Assembly: GCA_041661365.1 (NCBI GenBank)
Contig: JBAZUN010000003.1
Span: 1-40,835 of the forward strand
Direction: 5' to 3'
Source: Candidatus Latescibacterota bacterium
GTDB taxonomy: Bacteria; Latescibacterota; UBA2968; UBA8231
DNA: 40,835 nt
Positions within the stretch are counted from its first letter, which is position 1, and every line of letters begins with the position of its first letter. The notes under the pieces were generated by a model. It made no database searches, had not been told where the DNA came from, and saw nothing but the letters and a program-made list of their open reading frames with translations. Shown here in pieces: positions 1 through 8,439 of the stretch. A program made the translations under genes and the position numbers.

Positions 1-6
1 GGGACT

Positions 7-942
7 TCAGCTCTCGAGGAACCGCTCCGCCTCGATCGCCGCCATGCAGCCGCTGCCGGCGGCGGTGATCGCCTGCCGGAAGATCCGGTCGCGCACGTCG
101 CCGCAGGCGAAGACACCGGTCACGCTGGTGGCCGTGGAGTCGGGCCGGGTGCGGATGTACCCCTGGGCGTCGACCTCGAGATAGGGCTGGAAGGCGGCCG
201 AGTTCGGCTCGTGCCCGATGGCCATGAAGACCCCGTCGCAGGGGTACTCCCAGATCTCCCCGGTCTGGGTATGTCGCAGGCGGACCCCGCGGACCGCCAG
301 CTCGCCCTCGGTCTGCAGGATCTCCTCGACCGCGGCGTTGAGCACCATGGCCGTCTTCGGGTTCTCCTTCACCCGCTGGAGCATGATCGGCGAGGCCCGG
401 AACCCCTCGCGGCGATGGATCACGGTCACCTTGCTGGCGAACTTGGTGAGGAAGTTGGCCTCCTCCATGGCCGAGTCGCCGCCGCCCACCACGACGACCT
501 CCTTCCCCCGAAAGAAGAAGCCGTCGCAGGTGGCACAGGCCGACATCCCGTGGCCCATCAGCCGCATCTCCGATTCCAGGCCGAGCAGCCGGGCGCTGGC
601 CCCGGTGGCCACGATCACCGCGTCGGCCGTGTACGCCGCATCGTCGGTGCTCACCTGGAAAGGCTGCGGCGCCAAATCGACCCCGGTCACGGTGCGGAAC
701 TGGCAGTCGGCGCCGAAGCGCTGGGCCTGCGCACGCATGCGGTCCATCAGCTCCGGCCCCATCACCCCCTCGGGGAAGCCGGGGAAGTTCTCCACCTCGG
801 TGGTGATGGTGAGCTGCCCGCCCGGCTGGATTCCTTCGAGCACGAGCGGGGCCAGGTCGGCGCGGGCGCTGTAGAGCGCGGCGGTCAGGCCGGCAGGTCC
901 GGACCCGATGATGATCAGACGTCGATGGCTGGCGCTACTCAT
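7..942 (-). CDS. trxB: thioredoxin-disulfide reductase
   Basis: ORF 7..1071. The internal ATG at 942 gives [18 protein letters not shown] (FAD GxGxxG). Redox-active CATCDG and a second dinucleotide motif GGGDSA are present. The 43 codons upstream of the ATG are not protein-like. Confidence 0.9.
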   Translation of the reverse strand: MSSASHRRLIIIGSGPAGLTAALYSARADLAPLVLEGIQPGGQLTITTEVENFPGFPEGVMGPELMDRMRAQAQRFGADCQFRTVTGVDLAPQPFQVSTDDAAYTADAVIVATGASARLLGLESEMRLMGHGMSACATCDGFFFRGKEVVVVGGGDSAMEEANFLTKFASKVTVIHRREGFRASPIMLQRVKENPKTAMVLNAAVEEILQTEGELAVRGVRLRHTQTGEIWEYPCDGVFMAIGHEPNSAAFQPYLEVDAQGYIRTRPDSTATSVTGVFACGDVRDRIFRQAITAAGSGCMAAIEAERFLES

Positions 943-997
943 CGCCGACTCCCTCCGGAGAGATGGATAACGGGCGCTCGTTGCCCGAGGGTGTGAG

Positions 998-1025
998 AAT
1001 ATAGCCGAGGGTCGAAAGCCGGCAA
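998..1025 (-). promoter_or_regulatory. sigma70-like promoter for trxB
   Basis: Minus strand: TTGCCG (1020-1025) - 16 nt - TATATT (998-1003), about 55 nt upstream of the trxB ATG. Sequence match only. Confidence 0.35.
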
Positions 1026-1026
1026 G

Positions 1027-1068
1027 ACAAGAAACAAAACGGGAGACCCAGGTTTCCCCGGCCTCCCG
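1027..1068 (-). terminator. Rho-independent terminator
   Basis: Minus-strand stem cgggaggccgggg / cctgggtctcccg (1040-1068) followed by TTTTGTTTCTT, 32 nt after the stop at 1100. Confidence 0.55.
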
Positions 1069-1099
1069 CACGACTACCGTCTTCCTGTTGGCTTGAGGC

Positions 1100-1621
1100 T
1101 CAGACCTGCAGGTCCACCGTGCCCCCGGTGCGCGGGGGGTCCTCGGCTACGGGGTTCTGGGTCGGGGTATTTTCCCTCGGCGCGGCCTGGACCACCTCTG
1201 CGGCGGACTCCGCCGAGTCGGCTCCCTGAGCCGGAGGGTTCTCCTCGGGGTCCGGAACGTCGGTCGCGTACCCCTCGGTCCCGGGCCCGGCGGATGCCAC
1301 GGCCTGCTGCGCGCGGGATTCCTGTCCCTCGCTGCCGACGATCCCGTCGATCCGGTTGACCTGACGCTGCAGCTCGTTGTATCGGGAGTAGAGCACCGAC
1401 CGCCTGGTGGTGCTCACGTCCTCGGCCTTCATGTGCTGGGCCAGGGTCTCCATCCCCTTCACCAGTTCGTCGACCCGCTTCATGATCCGGTCGCGCACCT
1501 CTCCCTCGGCCCGCGCCGCCTCGGTCCTGGCCTCGACTCGACGAGCCGCGGCAGCGGCAGCCTTGATCACGCCAGCCGCGGCGGCCTCTGAGCGGATGCC
1601 TGCAGAGATACCGACAGCCAT
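1100..1621 (-). CDS. hypothetical protein (Ala-rich N-terminus, coiled-coil middle, acidic/Pro-rich disordered C-terminus)
   Basis: ORF 1100..1657; ATG at 1621 (MAVGISAG) preferred. Has its own promoter and terminator. No family recognised. Confidence 0.5.
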   Translation of the reverse strand: MAVGISAGIRSEAAAAGVIKAAAAAARRVEARTEAARAEGEVRDRIMKRVDELVKGMETLAQHMKAEDVSTTRRSVLYSRYNELQRQVNRIDGIVGSEGQESRAQQAVASAGPGTEGYATDVPDPEENPPAQGADSAESAAEVVQAAPRENTPTQNPVAEDPPRTGGTVDLQV

Positions 1622-1696
1622 GGTCGCACCTGCTCGAAACCGGAGTGACCGCACCAACCCGATCGGCGGTGCGGAGGGGAAGAAGATGACGAGGTA

Positions 1697-1725
1697 CTTA
1701 TACGGCGCGGCAGGCGGCCTGTCAA
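1697..1725 (-). promoter_or_regulatory. sigma70-like promoter
   Basis: Minus strand: TTGACA (1720-1725) - 17 nt - TATAAG (1697-1702), upstream of the 1621 start. Confidence 0.45.
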
Positions 1726-1925
1726 GGGGAAAGACAAGGTCAACGGACTCTCGGCCAATGAGTTACTCGAAGGTGCCCGGATGAGGGGCGGCGCGATCCG
1801 ACCTGACGGAACTCCGCAGCACTGACGGGAGCCGATCCAACCTCTATATTGCCAGGAGGTTGTACCGAATACGGCCGGCGCGGCATCGAGGTGACGCCGG
1901 TCCCCTCACCCGTCGAGGCCCTTCC

Positions 1926-2675
1926 ATGCTGCTGGCGCACCCGACCGGTCACTATCGCTTCCTCACCGGGATCGATCCCTACTCCTGCGGGGTGATCGCC
2001 GATCCGGGGTATCAGATCGTCCGCGCCGCCTTCGCCTGCCTGCTTCCCTGGCGGCAGGGGTTCGAGCGGATCGACGAGCACCTGCGGACCACCGGCCGGG
2101 GCCGGGAGGCGGTGTGCGCCGTGGAGCTGCGTTCGCCGGCCCCCTTCACCATGTCCGGGTTCATCGCCTTCAACCGGACCTACTGCGAGCTGCTGCGCGA
2201 CTGGAACCTGTACGTGGGCGAGTACAACCCCGTGGCGAGGACCAACGTGGCCCCGGTGCACCAACCTCCCTCGGAGGTCGTGCTGCATGCCTTCTCCTAT
2301 ACGGTTCCGGCGGCCGGACCGATGCGACCGACCCTGGTCGTAGCCGGAGCCGGCGAGCTGCGCGAGGGGGTGCTCGAGGAGGAGCGGATCATCCGCCCCG
2401 GCGAGGACAGCGCCGAGGCTCTGCGCGAGAAGGCGACCTACGTGATGCAGGTGATGACCGAGCGGCTATGCGGACTGGGCGGCGACTGGCCGATGGTGAC
2501 CAGCGTCAACGTCTACACCGCTCGCCTGGAGACCTGGGTTGCCGAGGAGATCGTGCTGGCCGGGACCGGGCCGGCACGTCGCGAGGGGCTCTGCTGGCAT
2601 TGCACCCGGCCGCCGGTGCAGCGGATCGACTTTGAGATGGACCTCCGCGGGGTCGCCACCGAGCTGGTGATCTAG
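1926..2675 (+). CDS. conserved hypothetical protein, possibly CnbZ-like deaminase family
   Basis: ORF 1860..2675. The TTG at 1860 abuts AGGAGG with no spacer, so ATG 1926 is preferred; the start is uncertain. Composition is globular. N-terminal HPTGHYRFLTGIDPYSCGVIA resembles my recollection of 2-amino-5-chloromuconate deaminase-like proteins (unverified). Confidence 0.55.
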   Translation: MLLAHPTGHYRFLTGIDPYSCGVIADPGYQIVRAAFACLLPWRQGFERIDEHLRTTGRGREAVCAVELRSPAPFTMSGFIAFNRTYCELLRDWNLYVGEYNPVARTNVAPVHQPPSEVVLHAFSYTVPAAGPMRPTLVVAGAGELREGVLEEERIIRPGEDSAEALREKATYVMQVMTERLCGLGGDWPMVTSVNVYTARLETWVAEEIVLAGTGPARREGLCWHCTRPPVQRIDFEMDLRGVATELVI

Positions 2676-2842
2676 TGTCGCGTCGCAGAAATAAGTTGTG
2701 TCATCGAGCGGGCCGAGGTGCCCGGCCAGCTAGGCGCGCGAACGCCCCGTATCGACAGCAAGATACAGGAAGTGAGCGCAACGACGCTGGCCGGGATGGA
2801 TCGGCCCGCGAATGCCAAGGTATTTCTGCGACGCGACACTAG
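2672..2842 (+). repeat. structured intergenic element, copy 1 (unassigned family)
   Basis: 22-bp perfect closing helix (2672-2693 with 2821-2842). Nested helices 2709-2716/2801-2808 and 2721-2730/2786-2795. Core blocks gctaggcgcgcga, gtgagcgNaacgNcg and ggcccgNgaatg are shared with the elements at 22423, 23853(-) and 35578. Confidence 0.7.
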
Positions 2843-2866
2843 CCCCCGTCCAGCGCCACCGTCGGA

Positions 2867-3622
2867 TCAGGCCTGTCCGGGCCGCCAGGAGCGGCACCGC
2901 GAGGACCAGTCGGTGCCTTCGGCGCAGAGTGCGGCCGCGTGGTCCGGCCCGGGACTCAGGTCCTCCAGCCGCCACCGGTCGGCGCGGACCGACTCATCGA
3001 ACCCGCGCCGGATCCGCGCCTCCTCGCCCGGGGCGCAGGAAACGGCAAAGCTGGACAGCGGCACGGTCAGTCCCTCGCCCAGGGCCTTGAGCAGGGCCTC
3101 CTTCCGGGTCCAGCAGCGGTAGAATCCCTCCAGTCGCACCTCGCACGCCAGGCCGCCCAGCACCTCGCGCTCCTCGGGGGCGAGGAACCGGCGGGCCAGG
3201 GCCTCGACGTCGATCCCGGGACGGACGTACTCCAGGTCGATCCCCACCGCCCGCCCCCGGCTGATCCCGTAGAGCGCCGTTCCCCGGGAATGGCTCAGGT
3301 TGAACTCCAGCCCGGATCCGGCGCCGCCGGCCAGGGCCGGCTTCCCGCGTGGACCGTAGGTGAATCGGAGCTCCGCCGGCGCCTGACCCACGTGCGCGGC
3401 CAGCAGCAGCCGCAGCGCGGCCCGCGCCACGACGAAACGGGCGCCGTGTCCCGGCAGCCGGAAACGGGTCGCCCGCTCGCGCTCGTCCGGAGACAGCAGG
3501 GGGATCAGACGCTCCGCCTCGTCGGGCTCCACGTCGAGGTGCACCAGCCACACGTGCACCTCCCCCTCGGGCAGAACGCCGTCCGGTCGGCCGCGCGGCC
3601 ATGCTCGTCCATCACCGGTCAT
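2867..3622 (-). CDS. 4'-phosphopantetheinyl transferase, Sfp type
   Basis: Sfp-type motifs: SPDERERATRF, FNLSHS, VGIDLE, WTRKEALLKALGEG. Confidence 0.85.
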   Translation of the reverse strand: MTGDGRAWPRGRPDGVLPEGEVHVWLVHLDVEPDEAERLIPLLSPDERERATRFRLPGHGARFVVARAALRLLLAAHVGQAPAELRFTYGPRGKPALAGGAGSGLEFNLSHSRGTALYGISRGRAVGIDLEYVRPGIDVEALARRFLAPEEREVLGGLACEVRLEGFYRCWTRKEALLKALGEGLTVPLSSFAVSCAPGEEARIRRGFDESVRADRWRLEDLSPGPDHAAALCAEGTDWSSRCRSWRPGQA

Positions 3623-3691
3623 GCCCGGAAAAACGCCGGGCCGGAAGCGGGTGTCAACCCGGGCTCTGGTCGCGGTCCGAGAGCAGGCCGA

Positions 3692-3720
3692 TTGACATTC
3701 AGGGGGGCGTTGATTACGCT
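3692..3720 (+). promoter_or_regulatory. sigma70-like promoter
   Basis: TTGACA (3692-3697) - 17 nt - TACGCT (3715-3720), about 50 nt upstream of the ATG at 3773. Confidence 0.35.
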
Positions 3721-3772
3721 ACACCGTCCCTCGCTCGATTATCCGCATCAAACCCCAAGGAGTCGGCCCGCG

Positions 3773-6091
3773 ATGACACAGGCCATTCCCCAGGACTACA
3801 CCTCCGGCGGCAAGTACCGGGTCATCGGCACCCGCCCGATCCGCCACGACGGGGTGGACAAGGTCACCGGACAGGCGATCTACGGCGCCGACGTGCGGCT
3901 GCCGGGGATGCTCTACGGCAAGGTGCTGCGCAGCCCGCACGCCCACGCCCGCATCCTGAGCATCGACACCCGCCGGGCCGAGCACCTTCCCGGGGTGCGC
4001 GCCGTGGTCACCGCCGACGACCTGGTGGCCACGGTCGACCGCGTGGCCCGCCTCGGCGAGACCAGCGTCAACATCCGCGAGGTGGCCGGCAACTCCCTGG
4101 CCTCGGGCAAGGTCCTCTACAAAGGGCACGCCGTGGCCGCGGTGGCGGCGATCAGTCCCCACGTGGCCGAAGAGGCCCTGGCGCTGATCGAGGTTTCCTA
4201 CGAAGTCTTGCCGGCGGTGGTCGAGGTGCGGGCGGCCATGGCCGCCGACGCACCGTTGTTGGACGAGCGGCGCACCACCCGGGAGCTGGGACAACCCACC
4301 GACCGGCGCAGCAACGTCGCCAGCCACCACCAGCACCGGATGGGTGATCCGGAGCGCGGCTTTGCTCAGGCCGAGGTGATCGTCGAGCGCGAGTTCTCCA
4401 CGGCCACGGTGCACCAGGGGTACATCGAGCCGCACAACACCACGGTCTGGTGGAAGGCCGACGGCAGCATCACCGTCTGGGTCAGCACCCAGGGGCCCTT
4501 CGACATCCGCGGCCAGTTGGCCGACGTCCTCCAGATCCCGGTCTCCCAGATCCGGGTGATCCCCTGCGAGATCGGCGGCGGCTTCGGCGGCAAGTTCCCC
4601 GCGTACATGGAGCCGGCCGCCGCGGTCCTGTCCCACAAGACCGGCCACCCGGTCAAGATGGTGATGACCCGGTCCGAGGTCTTCCAGGCCTCGGGTCCGG
4701 CCCCGGGGTCGTTCATCCGCGTGCGCCTGGGGGCGACGAAGGACGGACGCATCGTGGCCGGGGAGGCGTACCTGGCCTACGAGGCCGGGGCCTTCCCCGG
4801 ATCGGCGGTCGGCGCCGCGGCAGCCTGCATCTTCGCGCCCTACGACCTCGAGAACGTGGTCATCGACGCCTACGACGTGGTGGTCAACAAGCCCAAGTCC
4901 TCGGCCTACCGCGCTCCCGGAGCGCCCAACGCCGCCTTTGCCGCGGAGAGCGTGGTCGACGAGCTGGCCGAGAAGCTGGGGCTCGATCCCCTGGAGCTGC
5001 GGCTGCGGAACGCCGCCCACGAGGGCACGCGCCGGGCCGACGGCGCGGTCTTCCGGGTAATCGGCTGCGTCGAGACGGTCAAGACGGCGATGGCCACCGA
5101 GCACTACCGCGCGCCGCTGACCGGCCCGCATCGGGGCCGCGGGGTGGCCTCGGGGTTCTGGTTCAACGGCGGCGGCCAGTCAGCCGCGGTGGTCACCGTC
5201 AACGCCAACGGCACGGTCAACCTCCAGGAGGGATCGGTCGACATCGGCGGCTCGCGGGCGGCCATGGCGATGATCGTCGCCGAGACCCTCGGACTGCGGG
5301 CCGAGGAGGTGATCCCCAGCATCCCCGACACCAGCTCCATCGGGTACACCGACGGCACCGGGGGAAGCCGGGTCACCTACGCCACCGGTCACGCCTGCTA
5401 TCTGGCCGCCGAGAACCTCAAGCAGGCGATGGGCCGGCGGGCCGCGCTCCAACTCGAGGTACCGGAGACCGACGTCCACTTCGCCGACGGCGCCTTCGTC
5501 TGCACCTCGGATCCCTCGCGCCGGCTCACCTTCCGCGAGGTCGCCGAGGCCCAGGGGAGCACCGGCGGTCCGGTCGCCGGCACCGGGTCGGTGAACGCCG
5601 GGGCCCCGGGGAACGCCTTTGCCACCCATATCGCCGACGTCGAGGTCGACCCGGAGACCGGCAAGGTGACGGTCCTCCGCTACACCGCGGTGCAGGACGT
5701 GGGCAAGGCGATCCACCCGGCCTACGTCGAGGGGCAGATCCAGGGAGGCGCGGCCCAGGGGATCGGCTGGGCCCTGTCCGAGGGGTACGTCTATAACCCC
5801 GACGGCAGCATGGCCAACCCGACCTTCCTCGACTACCGCATGCCCACGGCGCTCGACCTGCCGATGATCGAGCCGGTGATCGTCGAGGTGGCCAATCCCT
5901 CGAGCCCGCACGGCATCCGCGGCGTGGGCGAGGTACCGATCGTGCCGCCGCTCGCCTGCATCGCCAACGCCATCCACCACGCCGTCGGCGTGCGGCTGAC
6001 CGAGTTGCCCATGTCCCCGGACCGCGTCCTCGCGGCACTGCAGACCCGTGCTGCCGCCCCGGGGGAAAAGACCAGAGGAGAAGCCCGGTGA
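3773..6091 (+). CDS. xanthine dehydrogenase / aldehyde oxidase family molybdopterin-binding subunit
   Basis: ATG 3773 lies in frame inside ORF 2939..6091 and is preceded by AAGGAG (3757-3762). N-terminal KYRVIGTRPIRHDGVDKVTGQAIYGADV (a/b hammerhead) and the CEIGGGFGGKF loop are present. 772 aa. Confidence 0.9.
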   Translation: MTQAIPQDYTSGGKYRVIGTRPIRHDGVDKVTGQAIYGADVRLPGMLYGKVLRSPHAHARILSIDTRRAEHLPGVRAVVTADDLVATVDRVARLGETSVNIREVAGNSLASGKVLYKGHAVAAVAAISPHVAEEALALIEVSYEVLPAVVEVRAAMAADAPLLDERRTTRELGQPTDRRSNVASHHQHRMGDPERGFAQAEVIVEREFSTATVHQGYIEPHNTTVWWKADGSITVWVSTQGPFDIRGQLADVLQIPVSQIRVIPCEIGGGFGGKFPAYMEPAAAVLSHKTGHPVKMVMTRSEVFQASGPAPGSFIRVRLGATKDGRIVAGEAYLAYEAGAFPGSAVGAAAACIFAPYDLENVVIDAYDVVVNKPKSSAYRAPGAPNAAFAAESVVDELAEKLGLDPLELRLRNAAHEGTRRADGAVFRVIGCVETVKTAMATEHYRAPLTGPHRGRGVASGFWFNGGGQSAAVVTVNANGTVNLQEGSVDIGGSRAAMAMIVAETLGLRAEEVIPSIPDTSSIGYTDGTGGSRVTYATGHACYLAAENLKQAMGRRAALQLEVPETDVHFADGAFVCTSDPSRRLTFREVAEAQGSTGGPVAGTGSVNAGAPGNAFATHIADVEVDPETGKVTVLRYTAVQDVGKAIHPAYVEGQIQGGAAQGIGWALSEGYVYNPDGSMANPTFLDYRMPTALDLPMIEPVIVEVANPSSPHGIRGVGEVPIVPPLACIANAIHHAVGVRLTELPMSPDRVLAALQTRAAAPGEKTRGEAR

Positions 6092-6996
6092 AACCACCGA
6101 TCCAGGGCGTGCTGCCGGTCGTGCACATGCCCTACCGCGACGACCTGGCCATCGATTATGACGTACTGCGCCGCGAGGTTGATTACCTGTTCGGCGTGGG
6201 CGCCGACGGCTGCACCCTGGCCCTGGTCTCCGACCTGCTGCGGCTCACCACCCCCGAGCGGCTGGAGCTGCCCCGCCGGCTGGTCGAGTTCGCCGCCGGT
6301 CGCGGCCCGGTGGTCATCAGCGTCGGCGCCGAGAGCACCCGGCAGGCGCGCCAATTCGCCCGCGCCGCCGAGGATGGGGGAGCCGCCGCGGTGATGGCCA
6401 TCCCGCCGATCTCCCAGGCGATGTCCGAGCCGCAGCTCCACGACTACTTCGGCGGTCTGCTGGACGAGGTCTCCCTTCCCCTGCTGGTCCAGGACGCCAG
6501 CTCCTACGTCGGCCGCTCGATGAGCCTGGACTTCCAGGCCCGCCTCTTCACCGAGAACCCCGACCGCATCCTCTTCAAACCCGAGGCCACGCCGCTGGGT
6601 CCCTGCATCTCGGCGCTGCGGGAGAAGACCGGCGGCCGGGCCGCGATCTTCGAGGGAAGCGGCGGCATTCTCCTGGTCGACTCCTATCGTCGGGGGATCA
6701 GCGGCACCATCCCCGGCGTGGAGCTGCTCGACGGCCTGGTGGCCCTGTGGCGGGCCCTGCGGGCAGGGGACGAGCGCCGCACCTACGCCGTGTACCTGCC
6801 GATCTGCGCCTTGATCTCGCTGCAGCTCCAGGGCGGGCTGGACGGGTTCATCGTGGCCGAGCGGTACCTGATGCACCGCCGCGGGCTCTTCCCCCGCCAG
6901 GTGCACCGGGGACCGATGGCCTATGCCCTCGACGCCGAGACCCGGGGTGAGATCGACCGACTCTTCGACCTACTCCAGGAGGTCCTGCGCTCGTGA
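6088..6996 (+). CDS. dihydrodipicolinate synthase / N-acetylneuraminate lyase family protein
   Basis: GTG start overlaps the preceding stop (GGTGA). DapA-family layout with a candidate Schiff-base Lys in ILFKPEA. Confidence 0.8.
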   Translation: MKPPIQGVLPVVHMPYRDDLAIDYDVLRREVDYLFGVGADGCTLALVSDLLRLTTPERLELPRRLVEFAAGRGPVVISVGAESTRQARQFARAAEDGGAAAVMAIPPISQAMSEPQLHDYFGGLLDEVSLPLLVQDASSYVGRSMSLDFQARLFTENPDRILFKPEATPLGPCISALREKTGGRAAIFEGSGGILLVDSYRRGISGTIPGVELLDGLVALWRALRAGDERRTYAVYLPICALISLQLQGGLDGFIVAERYLMHRRGLFPRQVHRGPMAYALDAETRGEIDRLFDLLQEVLRS

Positions 6997-8195
6997 CCTC
7001 ACCCTCGCCCGTCGCGGCCGCGGTCCGCCCGGGCGAGTCGGTGCGGCTGCGCCAAGTCCAGGACCCGGTCATCCCGATCGTCGCTGACCTGATCCGCGCC
7101 ACGCCCGACACCATCTCCCTGGGCCAGGGGGTCGTCCACTACCCGCCGCCGCCCCAGGCCCTGGCTGCTGCCGCCGCTTTCGGCGACCGCCTGAGCGACC
7201 ACCACTACCATCCGGTCGCCGGCCTGCCCGAGCTGCGGGCGGCCCTGCGCGCCAAGCTGGCCGCCGAGAACCGGCTCGAGGTGGGAGAGGACCAGGTCCT
7301 CCTGGTCACCGCGGGGAGCAACATGGGCTTCTGTCACTGCCTGCTGGCCATCGCCGATCCGGGCGACGAGGTGGTGATGATGTCGCCCTTCTACTTCAAC
7401 CACGAGATGGCGGCGACCATGACCAACGTGCGGCCGGTGCTGGCCGCCACCGACGCGCACGGCCAGCCGAGCCTGGAGGCGATCGCGGCGGCGATCACCC
7501 CGCGCACCCGGGCCGTGGTCACCATCTCCCCGAACAACCCGGCCGGCGTGGTCTACGAGCCGGAGCGGCTCCGGGCGATCAACGCGCTCTGTCGCGAGCG
7601 CGGCCTCTACCACGTCAGCGACGAGGCCTACGAATACTTCACCTACAGCGGCCACCGTCACCTCTCGCCGGGATCGCTCCCGGACAGCGCCGGCCACACC
7701 CTGTCCCTGTTCTCCTTCTCCAAGGGGTACGGGATGGCCAGTTGGCGCGTCGGGTACCTGGTCGCTCCCCGAGCCCTGCTCGGGGCCCTGGAGAAGATCC
7801 AGGACACGGTCCTGATCTGCGCCCCGGTGGTGTCGCAGCACGCGGCCCTGGGCGCCCTGGAAGCCGGTCCGGCCTACTGCCGCGGCTTCCTTCCGGAGAT
7901 CGACCGCGCCCGTGTCCTCTGCCTGGAGCGATTGGCCCAGCTCGGGGACCGCTGCGCGATCCTCGCGGCCAGCGGCGCCTTCTACCTGCTGGCCCGCCTG
8001 CGAACCTCGATGCCGCCGATGGCCCTGGTGGAGCGGCTGGTACGCGAGTACCGCGTGGCGGTCATCCCGGGCAGCGCCTTCGGGCTGACCGCCGGATGCT
8101 ACGTCCGCATCGCCTACGGGGCCCTGCCCCCCGAACGGGTGGCGCAGGGGATCGACCGTCTGGTCGATGGCCTCGACGTCCTGCTGCCGGCTTGA
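6993..8195 (+). CDS. PLP-dependent aminotransferase, class I/II
   Basis: GTG start overlaps the preceding stop (GTGA). Motifs: SPNNPAGVV and SFSKGYGMASWRVGY (PLP lysine). Confidence 0.85.
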   Translation: MTSPSPVAAAVRPGESVRLRQVQDPVIPIVADLIRATPDTISLGQGVVHYPPPPQALAAAAAFGDRLSDHHYHPVAGLPELRAALRAKLAAENRLEVGEDQVLLVTAGSNMGFCHCLLAIADPGDEVVMMSPFYFNHEMAATMTNVRPVLAATDAHGQPSLEAIAAAITPRTRAVVTISPNNPAGVVYEPERLRAINALCRERGLYHVSDEAYEYFTYSGHRHLSPGSLPDSAGHTLSLFSFSKGYGMASWRVGYLVAPRALLGALEKIQDTVLICAPVVSQHAALGALEAGPAYCRGFLPEIDRARVLCLERLAQLGDRCAILAASGAFYLLARLRTSMPPMALVERLVREYRVAVIPGSAFGLTAGCYVRIAYGALPPERVAQGIDRLVDGLDVLLPA

Positions 8196-8238
8196 CCGGA
8201 GCCTGGGGATCGATCAGGCGGAGCCGCGTGCAGAGCCC

Positions 8239-8267
8239 TTGACTTTGCCTTGGTACCTGGCTATTTT
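8239..8267 (+). promoter_or_regulatory. sigma70-like promoter
   Basis: TTGACT (8239-8244) - 17 nt - TATTTT (8262-8267). Confidence 0.45.
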
Positions 8268-8290
8268 TCCCCGCACAAGAGTGACCTGAA

Positions 8291-8374
8291 CCCGCAGAAG
8301 AATACCACTGAGGAAGTTCTCCACTTCCCTCCAGACGTGGAACTTCGACAAAGATAGTGCGGTATTCTGGCGGG
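8291..8374 (+). promoter_or_regulatory. extended 5'-UTR hairpin upstream of the repeat-protein gene
   Basis: Outer arms cccgc..agaatacc (8291-8308) pair with ggtattct..gcggg (8357-8374). Inner arms gaagttctccac (8313-8324) pair with gtggaacttc (8337-8346). Confidence 0.4.
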
Positions 8375-8439
8375 TTGGTCGCTCTTTTTTTGCCTGGCGC
8401 TTACCTCGCCGGAAAGCCCTGACCCGAGAACTCCCCGTA

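Noticed and set aside
1860-1925. TTG start at 1860 for the CnbZ-like ORF, as given in the ORF track.
   Set aside because: The AGGAGG sits immediately against the TTG with no spacer, and the first 22 residues are Arg-rich and non-globular. ATG 1926 is preferred, though still uncertain.
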